The notes beneath the pieces were generated by a model. That model saw nothing but the letters and a program-made list of their open reading frames with translations. It made no database searches and had not been told where the DNA came from. A stretch of DNA of 64,000 bases from assembly GCA_001655205.1 (NCBI GenBank), contig LPNZ01006811.1, forward strand, positions 60,316 to 124,315. The letters run 5' to 3'. Below, piece after piece: positions 50,557-63,333 of this stretch. Position 1 is the first letter of the stretch, and each line of letters starts with the position of its first letter. Source of the stretch: Lenisia limosa (lineage: Eukaryota > Protista > Breviatea). A program made the translations under genes and the position numbers.

Positions 50557-50885
50557 TATAAACTCTTACTATTGAAGCGTTTTAGGTATTTATATTGAAG
50601 AATTAAATAGAACTACTTTCACATGCTACTATCACTGTGTATTCGTGTTTTTTTTTTGTTTTTTTTATGAAACTAAACTCTACTGGTACAGCCGGATATA
50701 TAGATAAAGTGACAGACATGACTCAACCATTCCTTCCACCCTCCGACAAACTATTCTTTTCCTAAATTATTAAATTAGCAATAAAAAAAATAAAAAAACA
50801 AACAAAAAAAAAAGCTGGGTAGTAGTACTGTCTACATTGTTCAGTTGCTTGCAAGCTTAAGCTTAAGCCAAAAAGGGCTTTGGAT

Positions 50886-53800
50886 ATGTGGTCTAAAAGC
50901 AATGTGTTAGCATCCCTTTCAATTGAAGAAACTGAATTGCATAAGTTCCCCCTTTGTGACTCAATTAATCAATTGTTTTCTTCTCTCAGGTCAACAAAGG
51001 GGGATGACAGCATTTTTCAATTACAAAGCGAAGGTAGATAGGGGGCGAAACTATAATATACTTGATTTTTTTGACAAATATTAACAATACTACAGGTGCT
51101 GACGTTCCTGCTCTCAGTGAGCTGAACCATTTCATGAAAATCACTCTTCTGAATGCCCAGGTTAGACTTAATACACTCAATGCTTCTAATGTTGACAGGA
51201 CCTTGGCGAACGTTTTCCACTTGCTCATCCAAAAGGATTCGAGATTTTACTTCACATTCTGAGCAAGACAAAAGACAGTGGAATGGATGCTGAGGTATCG
51301 CATCCTAGACACAATTACATGTTTAGATTCGTTCCGATGTGTTTCAGTGCATTTCCTTTGACCTTTCTCAATTAATCCAACAGCTTCAAAAGAAAAACTT
51401 CAATACTAATATTATTACTGGTAAGGCCACATACCAATTCTCAGAATCCAGCTTTCAAAATGCATGTGTTTTTGATAAATATCTACATTTCACAGATTGA
51501 ACTGAACATGCTGGCTAAACAAAATTGTGAAAGCAAGAGCGCCAAGTCTGAACAGTCCAAAATTGCTGCAGCTTGGTCTGAGATGTGCAAAGTCAAAGCT
51601 CTTGACTTGCTTAACATGGCCTTATCTGTTTCGAAGTCCTCTGTTGTTATGAATAGGTGGGCTGAATGCAGTTTGTCTCGCTCATTGTTATAGTTATGAG
51701 TTTGGAGTTTTAGTTCGCCTCACCAGATCTACATTTGCCGTTCTCATGAGAAACAAAGCAAATTTCAAAGTATGGAAGTATGCGTATTAAATTATTATTT
51801 TAGGGAGGTAGTCTCAAACGTTGTACAATTCAAGCAATGAGAGTTGGATTAGAGCAGCTTTTGGTTTCCCTCTTACAAGCTTCTGACGAAATGACATGGA
51901 ATTTGAATGAGGATCTCTTAGATGATAATGAAGAGGAAATGACAGGTATGTAAATCACATAAGTCTAATTCAGTCCAGACTTTAGGGTGATCCATTCGTC
52001 TATTACCGAGGGGACTCCTATATATTGCAACTTGATGCTTGAGAGTGAAGGAGCAGATGAAATTCTCACATCAAGTTACAAAGTGGGTGTGTTACTAATT
52101 TCTGCTCCTATGATAGAAGAGAACTGATCCAATATTATATTCTGTTTATCACCCTAGCGCCTTTCTGAATCTGAAAGACCTTCCCCAAGTGTTATTGCTC
52201 TCGTATCAAACCTCATCCCTGGAGTGTTAGAAACGGTATTCAGAGTAGGGATATGTAACTTCTCAGGAATCAATATCCGAATCAAAAACCAAAGATAAGT
52301 CAAGGAGATCTTTGGAATCAGAGAGCGACGAAGATAGTGATGTCGAATACGGTTCAAAAGGAAATGCGAAGACATTTCACAAAGGAGTTTGAAATATAAA
52401 ATTAAGTTCATTCTTAGATGGAACAAAAAGAAGACACTCTCAATTTCCAAAGGTTACATCTTGCAGTGCAATGTATCGCACCAGGAGGAGCGGCCGGAAC
52501 TGGTGGTGTGCTCAGTGCTCTTATTGAACTATTATGGACACCTCAACAAGGAAAAGTAGGAAGCTTATTATTATCATAACATGTGTAGATTCGAAGAATG
52601 ATTATTGAGGCAATTGGATCTATTGTCACTTGTCTTTCACATAGAGATCAATGGTGAGTTGGTTCCTTTCTAATGAGTCAGCGTTACTGAGACAACTGAA
52701 GACGAACTCATTGAGGTACTCATAGCATTTGGTGAATGTGACAAAGATTCGGTGCTCAGAACAAGGTATTTATATTTTCAAACAAAGATGTTATTTTGTA
52801 TTTTTATTCATTCCAGAATCTTCCAATATTTGTCAGAGTGGTTAATTGTCAAACGATTGAATAATTTGGAGATAAGTTCAGAAGTATATTTGAGAGTTCT
52901 TAAACTATTTTCTCTTGGTTTATGTGACATCAGCAAGGTAATACAGTTTTTGCGTAGTCTAACTTGTTTAGATAGTTCGAGGCAAAGTGATAAAGCTTAT
53001 CCCAGGAGTTATTGTAGTTAACCCAATTACAAATACATTGGTTCGGAAGGACTATCAAGAAAGCGAAACTCTCGCTACCTTCAACGAGATAATTTATGAC
53101 AACATCCTCACAAATGCGTATCAAATCATTTCTCTTCCCCCACAATCTGAATTCTACTGCGAAGATCATGTCAAAGTTTGCCTTCACCTTTTTAATTAAA
53201 AACTATCCAGGAGATCATAACATTCTTGGAAACGGATTTCAGTTTAATCCAGCGGCTCATCCTTACCGATACCAAATTGGAGACCCCAATGGAGCTGTTG
53301 GAGGGTGGTTGTTTTGGGAATACATTCAATGTTTGGTGCTTACTTTTGCAGAGGGACCTTTCTGAACTGCGAACTTGAGAAGCTTATCACTGCTGCATCT
53401 ATCACCCCCACACCTTCATTTTTACCGGTTGTTGGAAACGCATGTCTCAAGAGAGTTAGGGATCTAATGAATTTGACTTTGTCTAGATACTCTTCACCGA
53501 TGACGAGCCAACTTCAGCTTTAGTAAATCTCTTTGAAAACCTATCAGGCTCCTTGACGGATGTTGCCATTTCTGCATTTCAGGAAGCAATAAAAAATGGT
53601 GTGACAACCATTCACATTTCTAATATGCATCTAGATTCATCTATTCAAAATGGAATTACCAAAATCATTCGTTACCTTGCCAAATACTTACTTGTTTTCA
53701 ATTCTCAATATCAGCCAAATGAAGGTTACGGCTTTCAATCGCTGACTCATGTAGACTTTGAAAATACCCCAAAAGAATGCTGGGAAGGGGTAAAACCAGT

Positions 53801-56234
53801 AATTCGATCTCTTTCGGTTTGAGTAAACTCAGGGACTAACATATCAGGTTATGGGTGTGCTTAAAACTGTCAGAGCATTGGCTGACTTATCAATTGTCAC
53901 TAAAGAAGTGGGTACAAACATGTCAATTACACCATTTAGTATTTGTCCATTTACACGAGCTTTGCAGATTGTTGCCTCCAAGTCATCCTGTCAAATGAGG
54001 TGAAAGAAGTGAGTATAGGGTTTCGTGCAGGCTTATCCAGAAGAAATCTGAAACCGAAAACCTTGTAAAGGAGACTACCACTGATTACCCAACTCTGTCC
54101 CACACTGAGGCAATTCCGTTACTACGTTTAGCCCTGGAATTGTGTGAATCGCTAGTTATTGAATGTAAGAGAAAAGGGACTGAAACTGATATTGCAGGCA
54201 CGCCAACGCAAAATCAACAAATAAAGAAATTCATTAAAAGTCACATTGTGGACCTCTTCCGACTACGATGCACAAGTACTCCTGCCATTCTTTTCAGGGT
54301 GTCACCTCAACCAAGAAGACAAGTATTCACCGTTGTCTGTCTCATCTTTTAGCTCCTTGAAATTGTTGAGTGGTTTCATCACAATGTAGCATTTACAAAC
54401 AGTTCCAATTTAGCTTCCTTTATAAGTAAGGTCTTTTACCATTTATGGTAACAATTACAGCTATGATTGGTTATGTTGCATCAAAAACATCTGAAAAACT
54501 ACAGAGCTCAATTCAGGCCAAAATTCAAGAGTATTTGAGATTTGCCACACTTATGGAACAGGATCGGGCTTCAGACAGGTGGTGACAAATCTGGGACAGC
54601 AAAACAAGTAAGTTTTAAGGTAATTACTGACTCTAGGATGGAGACTATATGGCTGTCCAAGTCAATAAGGATGCTGCGAGAAATTGGATGCTTGAAACCA
54701 AAGCTGCCATAGTGGATGAAGAATCATCGTATCTTGGAAGGTATGTTTTGTAAATCAATTAACGATGTATAGATATGCACCATTACTCCATGGAATCATT
54801 ACAAAGAAGCATGAAAACAATGTAGTGACTGATGAAGTAGTGTCATGTGCTATTGTCTGTCTTGGTATGTGAATTTGTTGTGAATTATTTTTGAAGGACG
54901 GTTTTGCTCATTGAGTTCAAAAGTTACCACAAAATACGGCACTACCTTTTTGAACCTTGCAAAAGAAACAATAACAAAAAAAGAGGCTCTTGAGGTTGAT
55001 GACAAGGTTTGCTTTGATGAAATTTTTTATATTTTTTTTAGAAAGAACTTCAAAAAAAGCTAACTCCAACCAAATCAAGAAGAAAGCGACACCTGGATTC
55101 TGAAAGTGACAGGTGTGCCTTTGACACACCACTTATTTCTGCAGTGAAGAGGATGTAGAAGAGAGCACTCTTGATAGCGAATCTCGAAGTAGAGCCTCAG
55201 ACGTGACTACTTCACTATTAATTTTGGCTGACTTGACTTTCCTTGGTCATCTCTCTTCTGACTTACAAGAGGATTTCAAAAACGTTTTAGTATCTAGGCT
55301 GAACCCCACCAGTTCTTTTTCAGTAAGTCGTACCAGATCTTTAAGTTAATCTCAGGTTTGCTGTGATGAGGCCACCAAGGTTCTTCGAAGAACTTGCCTG
55401 GCAATTCTCACGGATCTGCTTCAGAAACGTGTTTTTACTCTATACGAAAACCTCCAAGTAGGTCCTTCCCATCAGCTCACTTTCAGGTTATCGCATCATG
55501 TCTTATCCAAAGCGACTTAAAAGCAACTGCAGAGAACTTCCTGCGAACAGAATTTGCAGTAGGCTACAATTTGTAAAGTCTCACAGGCCAGTCGGACGAG
55601 TATAAGAACCAAGATGTTGTCTTCCAGACATTTGCTGCATTACAAGTTGGTCACATTTTTGTAATAAACGTTTAGTCCGAAGATAGCTCTCTTGAACAGA
55701 TCCATCAACGACGAATTATGACAGAAATGACAAAGTTGGTAAATGTGTGATTTATCACGTCTCAGGCGGTTCATTGGGCACAATCATATCCAGCTTTGCA
55801 CAACAATCCTCTCCGCCATCCCAGTCAGATCGGACGAATTCAAGGTGAAGCTCATCTCATTACTGACCATTCAGTCTGAAGCCTTCCACATGCTTGGTCT
55901 CGTCAAGGTGCCAGGGGCTTCGGTACGAACTAAGGTTTGGAGCTTGGGGTAAATCTCACATCCAGACCGGAGCTACGGAGCTAAACGGCTATTTGGCGAA
56001 CTTACTAAGGTGCGTTCTCATTGTCCTCAAGCCACTCATGGTATAGGCATACAACAAGACTTTCAATGTCCTATCTGAAGGCAAACAAAGAGGCACTTCG
56101 ACACTTGGAACACCACATTGAGATGCTGCCTTGCCCCAAGAAAGGTAAGACATCAGACTTCATTACATTTCTATAACCTGGCAGCAAAAAACGATATTGA
56201 GAAATCCATTGTTCTCCTTCAAAGACGAAAGTAA
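50886..56234 (+). CDS. Large HEAT-repeat protein, probably condensin II subunit D3 (Cnd1 domain)
   Basis: Long multi-exon helical protein. C-terminal segments VSCAIVCLG, SLLILADL, CCDEATKVLRRTCLAILTDLLQKRVF, IASCLIQSDLKATAENFL and QRRIMTEM resemble, in order, the remembered NCAPD3 Cnd1 region. Confidence 0.55.
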
Positions 56235-56375
56235 TGCCAATTGGAATTTGGTGTGTTGTATATTAGTATTGCATTGGGCTAATGTAGTGTGTTTGAGATC
56301 GATCATGAAATATGATATGCAAATAGTAATGATTACAAGTCATGTACAATATCAACCCAGTACACCCTGAAATGA

Positions 56376-59300
56376 CTAACCACGACGTCTATTGGCAGTA
56401 CTAAGCAAAACATAGGCCTTTTTCCTTCCTTTCTGGGGTACTCTTCTTGCAGCATCACTCCCAGAAGCGGGGATATCCAATGCGGATGATAGGTTCCACC
56501 CTACAACTATAAAACGTCTATCCATGCAAAGGAGTAATAGATTACTCTTTAAATTTTAGCTGATCACGTATCCATGAGGCGAACGTACCGCTGGAGGAAG
56601 GCTGTGCTGAGGGGGCAGCGGATGGCGTGGGGAAGTCTTCCGCTGGAGCTGGGCTGGACTTGATGGTTTTGGATAGACGGCCGGATCCCCAGGCGCCTCT
56701 CAGGGCTGGAGCTAACTGGTCAAAGTCATGACAGCGCAAACCTTGTATAGGCGGTCCAGTGTTGGCGATATAACCCTGGGGGTTGGAAGCTCCCATACCC
56801 GCTAGTAGCATTAGTACCACTGGCTTTCAAATACTCAAGAAAATATTCCTACATGTGGAAGGGGGAGGCCCCGCGACTCCTTTCGCCGCAGCCAAATATG
56901 ACCCTAAAAATGAAGTCAGTTCCAATGTAGATTGCTTTAGAGGCGTCATACCTTGTTTGATGTTGGCTTGAAGGGGAGCTGCCTCAGTTGCTGTTGTCTC
57001 CTCTATCCATCTGGAACGTTATCATCACCCTGAAAAGTGCCCCACTTTTTGGCATCTCGAATTTCGTTAATTTCAGACAGAGATGGGCCCTCATAAGCCT
57101 AAACTGTAACACACTGGGTGGGGGTTCATAACGCCTACCACAAGAGGGGTTTCAACAAAATGGCTCTTTTCCCTTCTATCTTTTGCTTTTCTCCTCTTTG
57201 CACGGGAGTTCAGGTCTGATGAATACTTCTATTAAAGGTGAGTTGACTCACACAAAAGATTTCACAAACCTGATAGCACTGTTTGGACACAGTTTGTGAC
57301 AAGTCAACCTCTGCAAACCAAACCACCGACCTCAGTGGGAGGTGTTTCAGGGCTTTATTTCGCTTTCGCGTTTGTTCGTCTACCGATTTCTCTGTTAAAG
57401 CCTTAATAGATGTCTGAAGGGTCATATTGATCATACTATACATAATATTCAAGTCTCAAGTTATGCTAACCTTTATCTGCTTGGGCATGGCAGAGAAAGA
57501 TCCAAATTCATCAACAAGCATTTTCGTGTTGATTGGTTCCAAAAAGACAAGCCCTAGAAAACTCTGACAACATAGGCCGGACAAACCTCCGTCATGGGCC
57601 TGATACCAATAGACCAAGGAAGGATCGTCCGACTGGGGGACGGGGACGGATGGAGGAGGAGGTTCGAGAAGGGGTTCAGATGGAATTGGTGAGGGTGATG
57701 ATGCTTGAGGATTGTCTTCCCAGGCCTTTTGTGTAGAAGGAACGATCTTCAGATCCCCAACGCTTGGTAAGCTGGGTGGCTCTCTGGATATTACAAAAAA
57801 ATAAACACAAACAGAAAGACACAATGTAGATTGAACCAACTCTTCTCCCTTCTTGACATTCTTCTCCAGATTAATAAGTCGAGAGATTTCACGTTGCGTA
57901 ACAATAATATCGTCCTGGTTGAGTTACAATAATTCATGCCTCATAATCTATGCATCAAGTTGAATTGACTCACCTTAGCGTTTTGGATAGCAGATTCTAA
58001 GAACGTTGACGCTTCCACATCAGGAAACTCCAGAAGACTTGGTCGGCATGCCTCCAGTTCTTTCAACTCTCTCCGATTGATTCGTAGCCTCTGCAAATAT
58101 GAGCTTGGGGGCGAACCTTGTTAACATACCTCGTTAGGACTGAGGATACACGCCCTATTGAAGAAGCGAAGTTTGTCAACACCCGAAGGTAAAGAGTCTC
58201 CGTCAAGGCCAGGACTAAAGAGTAACGTGGTTGGGTTTCAATGCGAAGCCACCCCACACACCTCCAGTCTTGCACAGGCCCGGATATGATTGAGCCGTTG
58301 CGACGCGAGCACAAGGCCATTGTTATGGACTTGCCCACTTTGGGCGGCGGCCGCACTTGCCATTGTGCAGGCTTTAGCGATGACTGGCTGATGTAATCTA
58401 AAAAGTCATCTCAAATCATAATGCGTTTTACACTGTCATAAGTGTCCATTTCCATTTTTTACTTACTGATATGATACCTCATACCCATTCGTATGATAAT
58501 TGAACAACAAGTCTCAATGTAACTCTGATACATCATATGTATTCGGGATGAAATATTGTGTTTTGACTGTTCATCGACTTGAATAGTAGTATGACAGTGG
58601 AAGGACACCAAATCATGAGCAACACGAACCCCCCAGTACCGAAACAGATGGGGCATTTGGGCTTGGTTAGAGTCTCAGAGAAATGACGAACAATACACGG
58701 TTTGCAGAAGATATGACCACATCGTGACACCCGTCTGAAGGGTCAAAATACTGATGTTTATTGNNNNNNNNNNNNNNNNNNNNNNNNNNNNNNNNNNNNN
58801 NNNNNNNNNNNNNNNNNNNNNNNNNNNNNNNNNNNNNNNNNNNNNNNNNNNNNNNNNNNNNNNNNNNNNNNNNNNNNNNNNNNNNNNNNNNNNNNNNNNA
58901 CGCGGAAGATGGCCGTTCCAAACAGATTGGACAGTGCACTTCCTTATCAGTCAAGCATTCCACCAACGCAGCGTCATCCCATTCTATTTGAAAGTCGGGG
59001 TCAAGGGTCAGAGCCTTTGTGTCTGCGTGGTAAAGCCTGATCAAACTATAGATACCCATGTCACTTGCTTACTTTGGAAAGTATTGTTGACCCAAAATCG
59101 GAAGCTGAAACAAAGTCAAAATTCCAGTAATACAACATACTTTGCTTGGATGTAGTCATCTTTAATTCTGTTGAGAAATGTCGCATGCGTGGGTTCTGGC
59201 GTCGGGTTGTAGATTGGGCCTGGGGCTGTGATATAGAACACAAGGGAGGGTAGTATGCGACTACTATTGGCCGGGAATATTATTATTATAATAAACGGAG

Positions 59301-59607
59301 TCGAAAAAAAGAGTGGTAGAAAGACGAGGGAGCCTAGCAATGAATAACATCTCCCAAACAAACTTGCAGGAGCCTTGTGCTCAGCATAATAAAAGCCTAT
59401 GAGGCTATTCTCCGAGAAAACATTCGTCTGTGGAGCACGGGAAGTGTTGTCTTTAGAGCCACCTCTACCTCTACCTCCCCTCTGACCGCCGCGTTGCCCT
59501 CCACGACCTCTATTAGAACGTTGGTGATCGCTAGAGGGACCAGAAGTGTCTTTCCTAGAAGATTTCCCTTTTCCTCTTCCCCTTCCTCCCCTTCCTCTTT
59601 CTTCCAT
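56376..59607 (-). CDS. RNF10: RING-finger E3 ligase RNF10/Mag2
   Basis: RGG-rich N-terminus, KDDYIQAK, LTLDPDFQIEWDD, C3HC4 RING CPICLERP...SRCGHIFCKPCIVRH...KCPICF, and basic C-terminus KGRKKAYVLLSTANRRRG*. Confidence 0.88.
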
Positions 59608-59875
59608 GAAAAACAGCAAGTACCAAAAACACTATTTTGGAATCCCTCTTCAACTTCTTTATACAACACACTCACAATCTCACAATATCACAAAAAAAAA
59701 GGTGTCTCTCTCATTTTTTTTTTTTTTTTTTTTTAANNNNNNNNNNNNNNNNNNNNNNNNNNNNNNNNNNNNNNNNNNNNNNNNNNNNNNNNNNNNNNNN
59801 NNNNNNNNNNNNNNNNNNNNNAAATGTAATATATCTTAAAAACAAGCCCAGCACAGTATCCTTAGTATTTGGACT

Positions 59876-62800
59876 TCAAGCGCTACTCTCGGAATTCTTG
59901 TACTCATCAAGAGACTTCACCTGAAAAATAAAACTTATTCACATAGTGTTCCCGGCTACAAATCCAATATCCAACAAAAAAACAAATTATTATTAGGTAT
60001 TGCTGTACAGCATTACCGTACATGAACCTTACCATGAAGAGGGGGCTTTGGTCGAAACCAATTCTCAAAGTCTGAGCAAAAGCCGTAGTTGTTGCACGGA
60101 TCAAAAGAGTCTTATCATCAATCCAGAAAACGGTCCATTCCATCCTCAATCCCTGTTACATAAGGAAGGTAAGATGATACTGCCCACCTCTTTGTTGTTC
60201 GTTCTGGCTCTTTTAGCAGGCTGCTTTGCAGCCTCGCGAGCCTTTTTCTCCTCAATCCGAGCCTTCTTTACCTGCTCTCTTCTCACAAGTTCGCTGTCAT
60301 ATGCTTCTTAAACAACGTCACTACACTCTATTACCCACCTTTTCCATAGATTGAAGTGAACCCGACTTCTTCGACATCTTTAGACTCACAACTCTCTTCG
60401 AAGTTCAATACGAAACATTTCTTCAACTCGACTTCTCTTTGTTCTTAGATAACATGAGTTTAACTTCTTTCTTTGACAGTCCCACCAACCAAGGGGGTTT
60501 TCAAGGAAGAACGCATGGGGGTATTTGAAAAGTTGAAGTTTATTAACACTGTCAATTACATCGCTATCTGCAAAGTGAGAGAAAACAAAGGTCGGGTAAC
60601 CCAAACTTGCAATTGCCTTCGATAACAGATAGGCCTTGACTGTGAGTAGAGCGTCGTAACCAGCCTCATGTTCCTTCCCCGTTTCGTTGTAGTCTTTAAA
60701 CGAATCACCAACACCTGTAAGGGAGGGGGAGTTATGAGCATATCAAAACTATAAGAACAACACTAGGTCAAAACAGTTAAGCTTACTGAATTCAGGAGGG
60801 TTATCAAAGACACCTTCGGCAGTTAATGCTGTAACAAAATTGCTGAGGTTGTTGGCAGGCGCTTTTTCTCTTGTTTGTTAACAAACATGTAAGCTGCCAG
60901 ATGTTCAAGTCTGCCTATTCGGTTGATAAAAGTTTCTCTTCCACACACTCCAACGCGAACCTGATTGAAGGGATGAAGCCTAATAGTTTTGTATCGTAAA
61001 CTTGAGGGAAAAGAGAATGAAGAGCGTCGCAGAATTCAATGTAAGTCTTTGGGAACTAGATATCACATTAGAAATAGAATTAAAAATGCTAATGTCATGT
61101 TCCACTTACCTCGTCAACAAAGCTGTGGTAAAGGTGGCAAAAGTCCAAGAGCGAATTATGAGCTAATTGGGTTATTGATAATAATAGTCAACAGAACAAT
61201 GTTCTATGAGCCACCAACCAATAACAGGAATATTCACTCCCTTCAGTGCATCAATAAATTGTCTTACACCAATCGCCTTTTGGGCTTCCTACATAAAAGA
61301 TGAGAACAAACAAACCACTGACAAGCATACCTGTTCCATTTCATCTTCTTCCTTCTTGTCAAAGGCTGCTTTTTCATCATCATTCAACTTATGAACAACA
61401 ATAGAGGTGTCATTCCTTCCGTCTTCATTTTCTTGAACAACTTTTGTAGTACGAAGGTCAGGAAACCTAGTGATTAGTATTGTCGTGAGAGATTAGCTAT
61501 TTGTACCCTCAAACTTGCTGTCAATAGCCTTATGTACATTGAGCCTCACAAACGAATTATTACAGGGTTCTGTCGAAAATAATTAATTTTTTTTCACATA
61601 CCAAGAGTCAGCTGTGTTTCGTTGGATTTAACAAAAGCAGTTACCTGAACTGTTATTCCTTTTATTGCTATTAACTGAACTTTTCAATACACATTGACTT
61701 TGTTATATAAAATAAAAAACAATGATTTCAACCCAATTTTTAAGAGCATGTAATGAAAAAAAGAATAAGTATTATATCATAGTAATATTCACTACACACT
61801 AAATCATATTGAGTACATAATACATTCCAGTATAATATATTATACTGTATATACTAGTACTATATGTACTATATATACTGTATATATATAATATATAATA
61901 TACTATATGATATACTATATCATATAGTATATCATATATTCAGTTGAAGGAAAGAGTCTGCTTTTTAACAAACGTGTGATTAAGACACAAATGATTTAAA
62001 TGCATCGATATGATATTAGCATATTAGAATAAATACAGACCTAGTAATGTTTCTTGAAAGATGTTATAAGTCCAACCTACCAATGCAATTTGCTCATTGA
62101 CAATATTTTTTATTCTTGAGTCAAGCCATCCTTGTTTCTCAACCTAAACATGAAGTATGGTCAAGATCATAGGCTAGTTTCTGACCAACCTTCTTCTTTC
62201 TTGGAACAGTGAAGACACCTTTTTGTCTTAAAGTCTCCTCTTGGTCGCATCTTATTTGGTAAATAACGTCATTATTGTATTGATAAACAATATAATATGA
62301 TATAGTATGTATAATTATTTTCATTAAAGGTAACCAACAACCAACCTCAAGAAGGGGACTCCTTCTTTGAAGCACTTGTTAAAATCAAAGTTATGTTTGC
62401 TAAGAAACTCGAGAGCACTGGCCTGTACAACAAATGTCTAAAGAGGTCAACGATCAAAACTGCAAACCTGGTTCAAGATTCCTTTTCTATCTTCTGGGAA
62501 ACAATAAATATTGAAGGGCGCAAGATCAAATTTGTTTTCTTCAGTCTAGTGAATGTAAGAGTAAGACACTTGGCAGACTTTGATAGCAACACAAATACCA
62601 AGCTGAAGAACTCCAAAATCAGACGCACCCATACAAGCTTTCTCGTACCTGAAAATGAGAATTGAATAACACCAGTCTTGTAAATGCAGTAACTCATTAA
62701 ATACGTGACAAATGAGACAAGTAAGAAACACCCTTACTGCCATACTCAGATCCACACTATAAAAGATGAAAAAAAAAGAAAAAAAGAATGAATATTTCAA

Positions 62801-63138
62801 TTCCTTCATCAATTAGGTATTTCACCATTTGGGTGCTTAAATTGCCTGCCAATTAAAAATGACCATATAAAACTACCAATAGAGTGAAGAAATGAAAATA
62901 TAATATACTCATTCGCAACCTGAATTGAGGATCGTCAACACATGTCTCTTTCGACTTAATCTTATGAAGTCCAGACATTTCCTATCAAAGTAAGACAATT
63001 TCCACCAAAAAAGTTGAAAAATAGTAAAACGTAAACGTATCCTACAAAATCAAATGCAACCGCTACAGCGTTTTTATTTTGAAGGGTAGTGCGGAAGAGC
63101 TCAAAAGAACTCTCAAAATTGGCTTTTGTAACTTCCAT
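59876..63138 (-). CDS. PARN: Poly(A)-specific ribonuclease (CAF1/DEDD family; PARN/PNLDC1-like)
   Basis: MEVTKANF...VAFDF|EMSGL (D-x-E), R3H-like EPCNNSFVRLNVH, AIGVRQFIDALKGVNIPVIG/AHNSLLDFCHLYHSF, FPQVYDTKLL, HEAGYDALLT, and RRM-like WIDDKTLLI. Confidence 0.92.
61830..61940. repeat. AT-rich low-complexity (TATA/TACTA) tract in a PARN intron
   Basis: Degenerate tatatactgtatatactagtactatatg... run. Confidence 0.75.
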
Positions 63139-63333
63139 CTTCTTATTTTGGCCAGCTTATTACCAATTACTTATAGGAAGGGGGACAATGGGGGCTATGC
63201 GTGAAAACCAGAGGGAAATCAAAAGGCAAAAAAAATCGAATGAATTCGAAATTTTTCGGTCAGTTCAGTTCAGTCCAGTTCATTATGCTTTTAAAGATTT
63301 TCAATTTTCCAAATTTTCTCTTTGCTTTTAAAT

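Noticed and set aside
15201-59821. Poly-G/C and poly-A/T runs next to N-gaps as functional repeats or G-quadruplexes
   Set aside because: They are most simply assembly breaks at intronic homopolymers, and the true sequence is unknown.
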